Source: Runella sp. (GTDB lineage Bacteria > Bacteroidota > Bacteroidia > Cytophagales > Spirosomataceae). Taken from it: a stretch of DNA of 31,306 nucleotides. The position numbers and the translations under genes are program-made. The notes below the pieces were generated by a model. The model had not been told where the DNA came from. It did not search any database and saw only the letters and a program-made list of their open reading frames with translations. Shown here piece by piece: positions 17,501 to 27,518 of this stretch. Where the stretch lies: NCBI GenBank assembly GCA_043769455.1, contig JAYVJH010000537.1:1-31306 (forward strand), in the 5' to 3' direction. The first letter of the stretch is position 1. Each line of letters begins with the position of its first letter.

Positions 17501-19970
17501 ATTGAGCAGATGCACCTGTTACAAAAACGCCCGACAAGGCAGTTGTAGGGGCATTGTTACAAATATTGACTGGGGTAGTAACGCTCGGTGCATTTGGAAC
17601 GGCATTGACCAAAACAGAAACGGGTGTACGTGGTGTGCTTTCGCAGCCCGTGGTTGTATTTTTCTGGACTACATAGTAAGTTGTCGTTCCCAAAACGGCA
17701 GTACTTGGTATGGTAGCAGTAGTTGTACCTGTGCCGCCTGTGGTGTTTATGTCATAATATACCAACGAAAATCCAGACGTAGCTGGTGCAATATAGTTTG
17801 ACAATGCTGGCGTACTTTGGTTTTGACAAGCAACTACCGGCAACGAAGCCGTAATGGTTGGTGCTTGCGTAACATATACAGTCGTTGTTACTGCCGTTCT
17901 GGGTGCAAACTCACAGCCATTGGCGTTGGCTTGTGTAACGTAATAAGTGGTGTTTGTAGTAGTTGTAACTGCTGTATTTGGGGTTGGTGCGCCAATTACA
18001 GTTCCAGCAGTTGCTACTGCATACCAGCGAATGGTATTGCCAGTAGATGGTGTTGCTACCAACGGCGTGCTACTTTGTCCTTGGCAGAGTAGTACCGAGG
18101 TGGTTGTAGTTGGTGCGGCTGTTGGTGTTGCGTTTACAGTTACCGTTATAGCCGTCCGTGGGCCTTCGCAATTCAGTCCAGTTATTTGAGACACATAATA
18201 ATTGAGAGTCGTTGCGCTGGCCGTCGATGGTGTTGGGGCTGTTGTTACAAACGTACCACCTGTTGCCACCGTGTACCATCTGAGGGTATTGCCAGTTGCT
18301 GCCGTTGCCGATAGTGGTGTGGCCACATCGTTTTGGCAATAAGTATAGGTAGTAGTAGCGGCTGGTGCAGTAGGTGTAGGATTTACATTTACAACAATCG
18401 TAGCACGTACACTCCCGCACGTACCCAACTGCGATACATAATAGCTTATTGAGCCACTTGTAGCAGTAGCGGGCGTAGGTGCTGTTGCGCTGGCTGTGCC
18501 ACCCGTAGCGACCGTGTACCATTTCAGGGTATTGGTACCTGTTGCCGTGGCACTAAGTGCGGTGGCAGTAGCATTTTGACAGTAAATAACTGGCGATGTA
18601 ACTGTTGGAGCAGCAGGCAATGGGTTGATAGTTACAGTTACGGTCGTCCGTGGGCTTTCGCAATTTAGTCCTGTTATTTGAGATACATAATAATTGAGAG
18701 TTGTGGCAGTAGTAGTCGATGGTGTTGGGGCTGTTGTTACAAACGTCCCACCTGTTGCCATTGTGTACCATCTGAGGCTACTACCAGTTGCTGCCGTTGC
18801 CGATAGTGGCGTGGCTACGTCATTTTGGCAATAAATATAGGCAGTAGTAGCGGCTGGTGCAGTTGGTGTAGGATTGATATTTACAACAATCGTAGCACGT
18901 ACACTCTCGCACGTACCCGCCGACTGCGATACATAATAGCTTGTTGAGCCACTTGTAGTAGTAACGGGCGTAGGTGCAGTTGCGCCTGCTGTGCCACCCA
19001 TAGCGACTGTGTACCATTTCAGGGTATTTGTACCTGTGGCCGTGGCATTAAGTGCGGTAGCAGTGGCGTTTTGACAATAAATTACTGGCGACGTAACCGT
19101 TGGAGCAGTTGGGGCGGCACTAACGGCTACTATTACGGCTGTTCGTTGGCTTTCGCAAGTACCATCGGTCTGAGAAACATAATAGTTAAGTGTTGTTGCT
19201 GTGGTGGTAGATGGCGTGGGGGCAGTGGTTACAAACGTACCACCCGTTGCCACTGTGTACCATCTGAGGGTATTACCTGCGGTTGCTGTTGCCGATAGTG
19301 GTGTGGCCACGTCGTTTTGGCAATAAGTATAGGTAGTGGTAGCGACTGGTGCGCTGGGTCCTGTTACAACTACCGAAATACTGGCACGAGTATTACTCTC
19401 ACAACCACTCACAGTTTGAGTTGCAAAATATGCGCTTGTAGAAGGTGCTGTTGTGCTGGGTGTTGGGGCTGTTGCGCTAGCTATACCGCCTGTTGCTGCC
19501 GTGTACCACAAAATGGCCATTCCAGCAGCCGATAGTGGTACGGCAGTTGTGCCTGTGCAATAATTAACTGGGCTTGTAACGGCGGGTGCGGCAGGCGGTA
19601 CTGCAACTGCAAACGCTGGGCTACCTGCACTCGTAACCACCACAGGACCTGACACTATCCGAACCGAATAGGCCGAACCAGATGTGAGCGATGCGGGTAG
19701 AGTTATGGTAGCAGGGCTGGCAGCAGTTGCGCCCAGCACGGTAGGAACCAAAAAACTACCCATAGCATCAGACAATTCAACAGAATAAGAAGGCGTACCT
19801 ACAAAACCCGTGGCCGTAAACGACACAATAGCCGTGCTACCCGAACAAAACGCCGTTGCCCCCGCTGGTAACGACATACCAACACCACTAATAGTTTGGC
19901 TGTAAACACTAACTGATAGTAAACCTGAAAAAAGACTTAGGCTTAAAGAATAAAGTATTTTTTTGAACAT
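14547..19970 (-). CDS. Large T9SS-secreted surface protein / putative adhesin with 16 tandem Ig-like (CHU_C-associated type) repeats and a type A CTD
   Basis: Signal peptide (VYS-Q). Sixteen ~80-aa repeats P..P...(Y)C Q...L.A...G..L.WY...GG...PTP.T....YYVSQ...CES.R. C-terminal VFPNPVQD..ILDATGR..L.NVPSGQYYLRI..KILK. Confidence 0.9.
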   Translation of the reverse strand: MFKKILYSLSLSLFSGLLSVSVYSQTISGVGMSLPAGATAFCSGSTAIVSFTATGFVGTPSYSVELSDAMGSFLVPTVLGATAASPATITLPASLTSGSAYSVRIVSGPVVVTSAGSPAFAVAVPPAAPAVTSPVNYCTGTTAVPLSAAGMAILWYTAATGGIASATAPTPSTTAPSTSAYFATQTVSGCESNTRASISVVVTGPSAPVATTTYTYCQNDVATPLSATATAGNTLRWYTVATGGTFVTTAPTPSTTTATTLNYYVSQTDGTCESQRTAVIVAVSAAPTAPTVTSPVIYCQNATATALNATATGTNTLKWYTVAMGGTAGATAPTPVTTTSGSTSYYVSQSAGTCESVRATIVVNINPTPTAPAATTAYIYCQNDVATPLSATAATGSSLRWYTMATGGTFVTTAPTPSTTTATTLNYYVSQITGLNCESPRTTVTVTINPLPAAPTVTSPVIYCQNATATALSATATGTNTLKWYTVATGGTASATAPTPATATSGSISYYVSQLGTCGSVRATIVVNVNPTPTAPAATTTYTYCQNDVATPLSATAATGNTLRWYTVATGGTFVTTAPTPSTASATTLNYYVSQITGLNCEGPRTAITVTVNATPTAAPTTTTSVLLCQGQSSTPLVATPSTGNTIRWYAVATAGTVIGAPTPNTAVTTTTNTTYYVTQANANGCEFAPRTAVTTTVYVTQAPTITASLPVVACQNQSTPALSNYIAPATSGFSLVYYDINTTGGTGTTTATIPSTAVLGTTTYYVVQKNTTTGCESTPRTPVSVLVNAVPNAPSVTTPVNICNNAPTTALSGVFVTGASAQWYGPNATGGIPSGAATVPSSASVGSTNYYVSQILNGCESTRATITVTINAIPAIPSASSAVYCQNDGASAMNASPSTGNTLKWYDGNGNFTGTSAPTPNTNVGGSTTYTYKVSQITASPALCESPQATITALVNFTPAPSASNITYCQNSNTNPLVATPSLGGSISWYAAATGGNSSGTAPIPSSANVGITNYYVTQRLYVSGTFAGCENIPRTLVQVNVNPQPAPPTTTTAITYCQTYPSNQLTANGTNIKWYNSFPGPVLSTAPTPSTANTGTTAYAVTQTNGFGCESNATTINVSINPTPAAPPFINPVFCQNYPATTLVATPASGNTLGWYSTITGGFSSNQSPTLTTQTAGTTYYYVSQTTGLGCESPRSTVTVLVNPTPITPPTNASPTYCSFETAQPLTGTPDNGSTLKWYTFSLNSLPNAPTVNTQIAGAGQYFVSQVNGFGCESPKTQINFFVKFLPQKPTQLITEYLLCQFDPTLTLTAGGTALRWYYPNNTASADAPMITTGNSLIANYGVTQTLDGCESERTILTVKVRVTPKPIVTTDPVVFCQNAAIANLTATGTDIKWYNGNRPAFSGSVYGIFTQIPGTYDFFATQTDATTRCESDRAKIVAIIQPLPTATISGETSLTQGQSATLKIEFSGQGPWTYTLSNGFTGTATVSQNPTTVTVTPLETTIYTVTKITNNCGDGTPLGTATINIRTSTVTTGNPNVASLCAGKTFIIPYFSSDFVPTNAVFTIQISKTNIDADFKNIPTQGTISPLTATIPANTLGGNYFMRVLGTAPNISIKGQVSPVQISVRELPNVTISGPVSVFENETTKITIALSGESPWTLVYSDSLAQKNTTLDLSTSPYEFTLTSPKTNTYSVVSVINACGNGFATSKYRLRVNQLLSTSNTTNANWITVFPNPVQDKIVVDFGNITFKNAATISILDATGRLIEQYQTKQNRTELTLQNVPSGQYYLRIEQNDKTAHRKILKIE
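18130..19360 (-). repeat. Intragenic 492-bp-period tandem duplication (Ig repeats 2-6, A-B-A-B-A)
   Basis: The anchor TTTTGGCAATAA starts at 18331, 18823 and 19315 (exact 492-bp spacing). Alternate repeats are nearly identical in protein sequence. Confidence 0.85.
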
Positions 19971-20289
19971 ATTTTTGAAGCAATAGGGTTGTAATTTTTA
20001 TGCTAAGTACTAATGTAGAATTATGAATGAGTAAATAACTGTTTACCATTACGATTGAATAAATATTTGATTTTCAATGAACTGGCTATATTTAAACAAT
20101 ATCTTGATTTGTTTAAATATAGCTGACTTATTGATCAATTATAATATTTTTCGTTGTTCGTTTTTCACTATTCACTAATTAACGACACGCAAAGTTAAGA
20201 TTTAATAAACAACAAGACAAAAATTAAAATAACAATGATTACAGAAATTGACAACATTGATTGGCAGGGTATTTTAGACTGACTAACAA

Positions 20290-23244
20290 CTAACGCCCAA
20301 CAACAGCCCGATAGACTATCTCATGAATTTTATTTCTTATTTTTTGCTGGTTCAATGCGTTATTGTCGGCACGAGGATAGACTCTATTCGACAAAAATAC
20401 AAATACCAAATCTTGCTTGGGGTCGGCCCAGACCATTGTACCCGTAAAACCCGAATGACCAAAGCCAGAAGCCGATGCCGATGGAGCAACATAGTTACTT
20501 TCTTTGTTGATTGGGGCTTTGTCCCAGCCTAAGCCTCGGTGGTTTGGCTCGTCAAAAATACCACTAAAATAAGACGTTGTTTCGGGCTTTAAGTAACGAT
20601 GGCCTCCGTAAGCACCTTTTTGTAGGTTCATTTGCATGAGCTGTGCCAAATCTGAGGCATTGCTAAACAGTCCCGCATGGCCCGAAACCCCTCCTACTAC
20701 TGCCGCCATTTGGTCGTGGGCGGTGCCTCGCAATAGTTGGTATCTAAATCTATAATCGTTTTCGGTTGGGGCAATTTGTTTTTCAGCAAATCTACCGAGT
20801 GGGTTATAGCCTGTCATTGTCATTTGTAGTGGGTCATAAAAATTTTCTTTGACGTATATATCTAACGGTAACTTTGAAATTCGCTCAACTACTTTTTGTA
20901 AAATCACTAATCCCAAATCGCTGTAAATAAATGGAAATTGTCCATTTTTGGCACGTTTGTTTGTCAGCGGCGACTGTACTATCCATTTCCAGACCGAATC
21001 TTTCAGAGTTATTTTAGAAAACAATTTAGGTGCAATCTGCGACACAAAAATACTGTCCTTGATGCTACTGTAATATTCGGGCTTTGGTGCGCCGCCATTT
21101 GTCAATGTACGTTCCCAGAGCGAAGGATAAAACGCCACCGCCCCTGACCGATGTAGCAGTAAGTCTTCGATTGTGGCTGTTTTTTTATTTGTATTTTGTA
21201 ATTCGGGCAAATAAAAACTGGCTTTTTGTCTCAAATCCAATTTGCCTTGCTCGTACAACAACATCAGGGCTTGTAGCGTTGCCGATACTTTTGTTACCGA
21301 TGCTACATCGTACAATGTTTGGGATAGCACTTTTTCGCTGGGGTCTTCGTAGGTGAGTGAGCCAAAGTTTTTTTGATAAACGATTCGTCCCTTTCGGGCT
21401 ACTAATATCTGACAACCAGGAAAAACTTTGTTTTGAATAGCATTTTTGACGACCGTGTCGATATTGGCCAGTTTGACTGCGCTCATACCCACTTGCTCGG
21501 GTAGCCCAAAAACCAATCTATCGACAGGGTTTGTTTGTTGTCCAGATTTGAGCGGAAACATAGTGCCAATCGAAATCGGCAGTTTGCCTCTAAAAGTCAG
21601 TGCGCCAAAAATTTGCTGAGGTACAATGTTTTCCAAATCTGGGCTATCTTCATAGCTACAAATTACAGTCGTACTGTCGGGAATTTGAGCCAGACAGTAG
21701 GGCGAAGCAAATACACATACAATTACTTTTGACTTTTGTCGTAAATTATAAATCAGCCCGACCGTAGCCTCCGAAAGCTGATAAGGACGGCCCAATTTTG
21801 TTCGGCGATCGTGCAAACTCACTACCACCACATCTGCATCACCTACCTGTTGCACAATATCGTTGATGTTTTCGGTAGAAGTTGGTTTGTCGGGCGATGT
21901 TATATTTTTGAAGTTGCCAAATTGGCTCAATGTTTTTTGAAATTCATTGTCATAGCCAACACCAATGGCCACCGATGCCAATTTTTGGTCGTTTATGGTC
22001 TGTAATGGAATGGTATTTTTATTGTTTCGGACCAAAGTAACGGAGGCTTCGTACAGATTTCTGATATCTGCTTTTACTGTTCCTGTGTTCAGGTCTGCAC
22101 CCAAATTGTCGGCCACTATCTCGTGGTTTTTTGAGAGGCCAACCCAATATTTAGAATGTAATATTTTTAGTACTTTTTCGTCAAGAGTTTCAATTGGAAA
22201 TATGTCTTTTTCAACCAATATCTTAATTTTTTTTATAGATTCAACAACACTCTCAGGGCAAAGCAAAATATCGTTACCAGCCAACAATGCCCGTATGTTG
22301 GCTTCTACGGCAGTTTTGTTGCGGCTCACACCTCGCATATTCATGGCATCTGTAAAAATTAAGCCTTTAAAGCCCATTTGTTTTTTGAGCAACTGCGTAA
22401 CGACCTTATCTGAAAGTGAGGCGGCCAGGGCAGGGGTATTGTCTAATTCTGGCACAAACAAATGCCCCGTTATGACCCCCGTCAGGCTGTCGGCAATGAG
22501 TTGCTTGAAGGGATATAAGTCGGTTTCGTTGAGTTTTTCTACTGAGTGGCTCACCACTGGTAGTGTATAATGTGAGTCAGAACCTGTGTCGCCATGGCCT
22601 GGAAAATGTTTGGCAGTAGCCACCACCCGCTGGTGTTGAAGTCCCTTCATGTATGCCACCGACTTATTGGTTACGTTCTGACGGTCTTCACCAAACGAGC
22701 GAATACCAATTACAGGGTTTTGGGGATTGCTGTTGATGTCGGTAACAGGTGCAAAATTGACATGAATACCCATGCGCTGGCATTGCTGCCCAATGGTAAG
22801 ACCCATTTTATAAACAAGCGAATCGTCCTGAATTGCGCCCAAGGTCATTTGTTTTGGAAAATCTGCGATGCTGTCCAACCGCATACCTAAGCCCCATTCG
22901 CCATCTATACCAATCAACAACGGTACTTTGGCAAGCGACTGGTAATGATTGGTCAGCTTGGCTTGCCTGTGTGGGCCGCCCTGGAAAAATATCAGGCCAC
23001 CAATATTATAGTTCTGAATCAAGTTATCGAAGTGGCGTTTGTCTGCTCGGTGGTCAGAGTAAGTAGCCACCATAAAGAGTTGCCCTATTTTTTGGTCAAG
23101 GCTAAGACTATTAAAAACACTATCTACCCATTGCTTTTCTATCACCGACTCTGCGCTGTTTTTTACAATTTGAGCGGGCGGTTTGACAGATGCAATAAGC
23201 GTTGTTAAAACAAGAAATAGAACTGTTCGAGCGATGATTTGCAT
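20290..23244 (-). CDS. GH3 beta-N-acetylglucosaminidase (NagZ-type) fused to a beta-lactamase-fold serine hydrolase
   Basis: NagZ motif KHFPGHGDTGSDSH, plus DGEWG and FTDAMNM. The C-terminal domain has SxxK (ASVTK), YSD and GHSGFTG. Confidence 0.9.
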   Translation of the reverse strand: MQIIARTVLFLVLTTLIASVKPPAQIVKNSAESVIEKQWVDSVFNSLSLDQKIGQLFMVATYSDHRADKRHFDNLIQNYNIGGLIFFQGGPHRQAKLTNHYQSLAKVPLLIGIDGEWGLGMRLDSIADFPKQMTLGAIQDDSLVYKMGLTIGQQCQRMGIHVNFAPVTDINSNPQNPVIGIRSFGEDRQNVTNKSVAYMKGLQHQRVVATAKHFPGHGDTGSDSHYTLPVVSHSVEKLNETDLYPFKQLIADSLTGVITGHLFVPELDNTPALAASLSDKVVTQLLKKQMGFKGLIFTDAMNMRGVSRNKTAVEANIRALLAGNDILLCPESVVESIKKIKILVEKDIFPIETLDEKVLKILHSKYWVGLSKNHEIVADNLGADLNTGTVKADIRNLYEASVTLVRNNKNTIPLQTINDQKLASVAIGVGYDNEFQKTLSQFGNFKNITSPDKPTSTENINDIVQQVGDADVVVVSLHDRRTKLGRPYQLSEATVGLIYNLRQKSKVIVCVFASPYCLAQIPDSTTVICSYEDSPDLENIVPQQIFGALTFRGKLPISIGTMFPLKSGQQTNPVDRLVFGLPEQVGMSAVKLANIDTVVKNAIQNKVFPGCQILVARKGRIVYQKNFGSLTYEDPSEKVLSQTLYDVASVTKVSATLQALMLLYEQGKLDLRQKASFYLPELQNTNKKTATIEDLLLHRSGAVAFYPSLWERTLTNGGAPKPEYYSSIKDSIFVSQIAPKLFSKITLKDSVWKWIVQSPLTNKRAKNGQFPFIYSDLGLVILQKVVERISKLPLDIYVKENFYDPLQMTMTGYNPLGRFAEKQIAPTENDYRFRYQLLRGTAHDQMAAVVGGVSGHAGLFSNASDLAQLMQMNLQKGAYGGHRYLKPETTSYFSGIFDEPNHRGLGWDKAPINKESNYVAPSASASGFGHSGFTGTMVWADPKQDLVFVFLSNRVYPRADNNALNQQKIRNKIHEIVYRAVVGR

Positions 23245-23266
23245 AAATACTAATTTGTACTAACTG

Positions 23267-23274
23267 CAAAGGTA
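23267..23274 (-). promoter_or_regulatory. Bacteroidota -7 box (TACCTTTG) for the GH3 gene
   Basis: Exact TAnnTTTG(C) match 23 bp upstream of ATG 23244. A second copy lies at 23302-23309. Confidence 0.6.
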
Positions 23275-23319
23275 CAAAATAGCCAGTCTTTTTTACTAAG
23301 CCAAAGGTATATTCATTAT

Positions 23320-24063
23320 TCACAACCACCCAAACTGCTCAATTAACTTTTCTTTGTGCATTCTTGATATTGGAATAGACTTGTTGTTGGTCATCAATAG
23401 ATAGCTACCCTCGCCTTTATAAAATTTCTTGATTTGGTCTAAGTTAATAATATATTGTCGGTGAACTCGCAAAAATCCTCGGTCTTCGAGCAATTCTTGA
23501 ATGTCTTTGAGCGATTTGGTGATGAGATAATACTGCCCATCGCTCAAAAAAAACTTGGTATAATTGTCGTCAGACTCGCAGTAAACAATGTCTTTGAGCT
23601 TCACAAAAGTAACCCCATTCTGATAAGGCAACGCTATTTTGTCGTTGCTGGGCTTATTGGCCTGAGCCAGTTGTTGTTTCAGTAACTCTATTTGTTCTTT
23701 CACAAATCGGTCTTGTTTTTCGGCACGATGTACTGCTCTTATCAGTTCTTGGCTTTCAACGGGTTTGAGCAAATAGTCTATGGCACTGTACTTAAAGGCT
23801 TTGAGAGCAAACTTATCATAAGCCGTAACAAAAACAAGCGCAAAAGAGAGATTTTCGACCGCCTCCAATACCTGAAAACCATTCATTTGAGGCATTTCTA
23901 TATCCAAAAACACCAAGTCGGGTTTTAGTTCTTTGATGGCCGCCACACCCTGTGTACTGCTGGTGTGTGCAGCAATGACCTGTACCTGTGGGCAGTATTG
24001 CCCCAGCCTGATTTGTAATAACTCTACGGCATCAGATTCGTCGTCGATAATGATAGCTTTCAA
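23320..24063 (-). CDS. LytTR-family response regulator (REC + LytTR)
   Basis: TTG start. IIIDDE, FLDIEMPQMNG, FVTAY, YLLKP; LytTR domain FLRVHRQYIIN. Confidence 0.93.
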   Translation of the reverse strand: MKAIIIDDESDAVELLQIRLGQYCPQVQVIAAHTSSTQGVAAIKELKPDLVFLDIEMPQMNGFQVLEAVENLSFALVFVTAYDKFALKAFKYSAIDYLLKPVESQELIRAVHRAEKQDRFVKEQIELLKQQLAQANKPSNDKIALPYQNGVTFVKLKDIVYCESDDNYTKFFLSDGQYYLITKSLKDIQELLEDRGFLRVHRQYIINLDQIKKFYKGEGSYLLMTNNKSIPISRMHKEKLIEQFGWL

Positions 24064-24340
24064 TTTGGTTTTGAGTTAATGATTTGTTGAGTTTTGAATA
24101 ACTTGAATTTACTAAAATAAATGATTGAACTATAACTTATACATGAATGGTTGAATGAATAAATGTTTGATTTTTAGAAATTTACCCAAATTTATAATCG
24201 TGTTTAAATTTGCTCAGTAATGAGTAAATAATAAGTTGGTCATTTTTTAGCCCTTTCAAGGCTGACAACTCACCGTGTTATTATTTACCCGTTGCTCAGT
24301 TACTTAATTACAACAATTTTCGTTATCTGTTTTTCACTAC

Positions 24341-27300
24341 TCATACGGGTATTTCTATAATTATTGTTGTACCGCTGGCTTGGCCGTTGGTATCTTTGAG
24401 GTCTATGATTTGTACTTTGGTTTCGGTCTTATAAAGTTGATTGATAAGCTCGATGCGCTCGGCTGTAACTTTCATACCAAACGATTTGGTTTTGGTTACT
24501 GATTTGCTCTTAAACTCGGCTGACTTTTCTCGTCCCACGCCGTCGTCGGTAATGGTTACTTGTATGGCCATAATATCTTGTAAATTTGTACTAATAGTCG
24601 TAATATATTGCGGCTCTACTGTTATTGTTACTTTTCCGCCTTCTTCTTTGTGCATGAGGCCATGCCAGATGGCGTTTTCGACAAAAGGCTGCAACAACAG
24701 CGGCGGAATCTGAACATAGCCTTGGTCTATACTTGGCGCAACGCTGATGGTATAACTAAATTTATCTCTAAATCGCATCGCTTCCAGTTCTATGTACAGT
24801 CGCAGACTTTCGAGTTCGTTTTCGAGTGTAACTTTTTCAGAACGAGAGTTTTCTAAAACCAACCGTATGAGCCTCGAAAACTTAGAAAGATAATTTGATG
24901 CTTTATCGATGTTATTTTGAGCTGTAAAAAGTTGAATAGAATTAAGACAATTAAAAATAAAATGTGGGTTCATCTGCGCCCGTAGTGCTGTGATTTCGGT
25001 TTGGATAATTTTTTGGCTGTACTCTATTCGCTGATTAGCAAGTTCTTGATCTTTTTTTTGCATCTCAGACTGCTCTATTTTTAGTTCTGTAAAAAGCCGC
25101 CTATACATTGCTCTACTCACAGAAAAGTACAAAACCAAACCCACAATCAATAGCCCAAAAAGTGCCTTAGCCCAAGCCGTTTCGTACCAGTAAAAGGCAA
25201 TGGCAAAACGAAAAACGCTTTCTTTGTTGTCTGTGTTTTGTTTGACATGAAACACATAATGGCCGCCAGAAAGGTTTGAGTACATGGCCGAATTTTCGGT
25301 AGTTTTGTGCCATGATTTATCCCAGTTTTCTAAATAATAGCTGTACTGATTTAGGTGTTTTTTTTCAAAATTTAAAGCCGTAAAAAAAAACTGTATTCCG
25401 TTTTGTTCTCGTTTCAATGAGATTTCGGGGCCTTTATTTTGAATAGTACCAATAGGTTTATCATTGACCAATATTTTTGAAAATTGTGGTGCTTTGTGAG
25501 GTTGGACTATTTTTATTTTTTCAATATCAATCGTATTCAGTCCACCATCGCCACCTACAATCAACTCATTTTTTTTTGTCCAAAATCCCGTCATCGTATT
25601 ATTGGACAGTAAGCCATTTTCAATAGTCAGCCGTCGAAAGCTATTGTTTGCCTCTGTAAACTGTTGCAGACCATCGTAAGTGCCTACCCAAATGTTGTTT
25701 TGAGCATCAACGGCTACTTGCCTACATTCTGTATCTACAAGCCCTGTTGCCCTCGACCACCGTTTGAGAATTTTGCCCGATGTGTCTATTTTGGCAAGCA
25801 TATCCCAGCCCGTTACCCACAACAATCCCGCTTTGTCTTCGGTTATTTTCAAAATAGCTGTTTCAAGACCTGCCGGGTTATTTTGTTTTGTACTAACTAA
25901 TTTTTTGTTGGTTTCGTCAAAATACCAAAGTCCGTGGTTTGTACCAAACCACATTCGACCCTGACGATCTTCAAAAATAGCCATAACCCAGTTGCCCCCT
26001 TTCATTATACTGTCATCTGAAACCTTGTCCCAAAGAGCCAGCTCTTGTCCTGTGGCTAAGTCTATGGCGTGTATGCCTTCGTAATAATTGACGAGCCAAA
26101 GACGGTTTTTTCGGTCTATTTTGCCCAAAGAATAAAACGGCACACTAAAAAAAGTAGGATGTGTTTTGAATGGAATAGACAAAAATTGCTCTTTTTTTGG
26201 GTCAAACAAAAAAACACCCTCTCGGTGTGGGTCAGTAGTTTGGTCAATATACCCATCGCTCCAGACAGCCCACTGGTTGCCACCTATCCAAATTCGGTTT
26301 TTATCGTCTTGATCGAGCCAAAGTCCTTCAAAAGCACCATCGTATTGAGGCATTGCAAATCGTTTGAGAGCGTTGTTGGCTCTGTTCCATTTCCACAAAC
26401 CATTGTAAGCCGACAACAGCCAAAATGTCTGACCTCTGGGATCGGCTTTGTCTTGCAAAATGGCATGGATATTATTGTATTTACCATTGGCATTGGTTTG
26501 GGGTAATTTTAAAGACTGAATGGCTTGTTTGTAGGGCGAATACAACAACAAGCCCTCAGAAGTACAAAACCATACATTATCGTTTTGAGTTTTAAGTATT
26601 TGATTGACCGAAAATGAAAATGGTAAAATGCCTGTTAGCTTTTTTGATTGTTTGGTTTTGGGGTCAAAAATACCAATGCCTCTGTCAGTTCCAAACCAAA
26701 CAATATCCTCGTTGTTGGCATTGATACTCTCGAATGCCGCAAAAACCAAAGAGGCATCGTACACAAATTTGAATGAGTCGTTGGCAATGTCATATCGCAG
26801 CAAGCCCTTGCTACTACCTGCCCATAAGATTTGTTGTGAGTCAATTATACCTCTATATAAATCCATATTGCCAGCATCAAACAACCCTTTGCGAGGGCAG
26901 TCTAAGCCCACGATACAGTGTAGTTGATTGGCTTTTCGGTCAAATTTAAAGAGACCCACCTCCGTACCCAATACCCAAAGATGATGCTTACCGTCTTCTA
27001 CAAAACTACCTTTGTGCCAGATATATGTCGTTTTTTTGAGTGGGTAATGTATCGTTTTATGAGCAACGGGGTTATACCGATTGACACCATTACGGTCTGA
27101 ATACCAGATATGTCCATAAAAATCTACAAAAGTATTGTGTCCACCACCACTCGGCCCTTTGTCTATGATAGTTACTCGTCCCGAAACTGGGTTAATAGCC
27201 ATTAAACTATATCCATCTGTCGAAACGAAAATTGTACCATCAGTAGTTTGGGCAAGTCCATTAACTATTTGATTGATGTTATAATCTCGAAATTCGTAGC

Positions 27301-27493
27301 CATCATACCTGTACAATCCCTTGCGTGTGCCAAACCACATAAAGCCCTGTTTGTCTTCGATGGCACAATTAACGGTATTGCTTGGCAGGCCGTTGTCTAT
27401 ACTTATATGCTCAAAATGAGGCACGACCTCCCTCTGAGCATACAAGCGTAAAGCACAGCACAAAAGCAAAACGATTGGGCGTATTAGGTTCAA
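24341..27493 (-). CDS. LytS/YehU-type sensor histidine kinase with a periplasmic beta-propeller (Reg_prop) and a Y_Y_Y domain
   Basis: Signal peptide, repeated D..G..W.GT..GL propeller blades, QYSYYLENWD..YSNLSGGHY, one TM, ALRAQMNPHFIFNCLNSI, QPFVENAIWHG, DDGVG, FGM. Confidence 0.92.
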   Translation of the reverse strand: MNLIRPIVLLLCCALRLYAQREVVPHFEHISIDNGLPSNTVNCAIEDKQGFMWFGTRKGLYRYDGYEFRDYNINQIVNGLAQTTDGTIFVSTDGYSLMAINPVSGRVTIIDKGPSGGGHNTFVDFYGHIWYSDRNGVNRYNPVAHKTIHYPLKKTTYIWHKGSFVEDGKHHLWVLGTEVGLFKFDRKANQLHCIVGLDCPRKGLFDAGNMDLYRGIIDSQQILWAGSSKGLLRYDIANDSFKFVYDASLVFAAFESINANNEDIVWFGTDRGIGIFDPKTKQSKKLTGILPFSFSVNQILKTQNDNVWFCTSEGLLLYSPYKQAIQSLKLPQTNANGKYNNIHAILQDKADPRGQTFWLLSAYNGLWKWNRANNALKRFAMPQYDGAFEGLWLDQDDKNRIWIGGNQWAVWSDGYIDQTTDPHREGVFLFDPKKEQFLSIPFKTHPTFFSVPFYSLGKIDRKNRLWLVNYYEGIHAIDLATGQELALWDKVSDDSIMKGGNWVMAIFEDRQGRMWFGTNHGLWYFDETNKKLVSTKQNNPAGLETAILKITEDKAGLLWVTGWDMLAKIDTSGKILKRWSRATGLVDTECRQVAVDAQNNIWVGTYDGLQQFTEANNSFRRLTIENGLLSNNTMTGFWTKKNELIVGGDGGLNTIDIEKIKIVQPHKAPQFSKILVNDKPIGTIQNKGPEISLKREQNGIQFFFTALNFEKKHLNQYSYYLENWDKSWHKTTENSAMYSNLSGGHYVFHVKQNTDNKESVFRFAIAFYWYETAWAKALFGLLIVGLVLYFSVSRAMYRRLFTELKIEQSEMQKKDQELANQRIEYSQKIIQTEITALRAQMNPHFIFNCLNSIQLFTAQNNIDKASNYLSKFSRLIRLVLENSRSEKVTLENELESLRLYIELEAMRFRDKFSYTISVAPSIDQGYVQIPPLLLQPFVENAIWHGLMHKEEGGKVTITVEPQYITTISTNLQDIMAIQVTITDDGVGREKSAEFKSKSVTKTKSFGMKVTAERIELINQLYKTETKVQIIDLKDTNGQASGTTIIIEIPV

Positions 27494-27518
27494 TGTGATA
27501 AGGACTTAATAAAATACT

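Noticed and set aside
16133-19535. Many Cys/Arg-rich alternative-frame ORFs within the T9SS gene
   Set aside because: Shadow frames of Thr/Ala/Pro-rich repeat codons, not Cys-rich peptide genes.
21000-21400. Calling the GH3 fusion a beta-lactam resistance gene
   Set aside because: The SxxK serine-hydrolase domain fused to a NagZ-type GH3 is a common Bacteroidota architecture more consistent with peptidoglycan recycling; resistance cannot be inferred from sequence.
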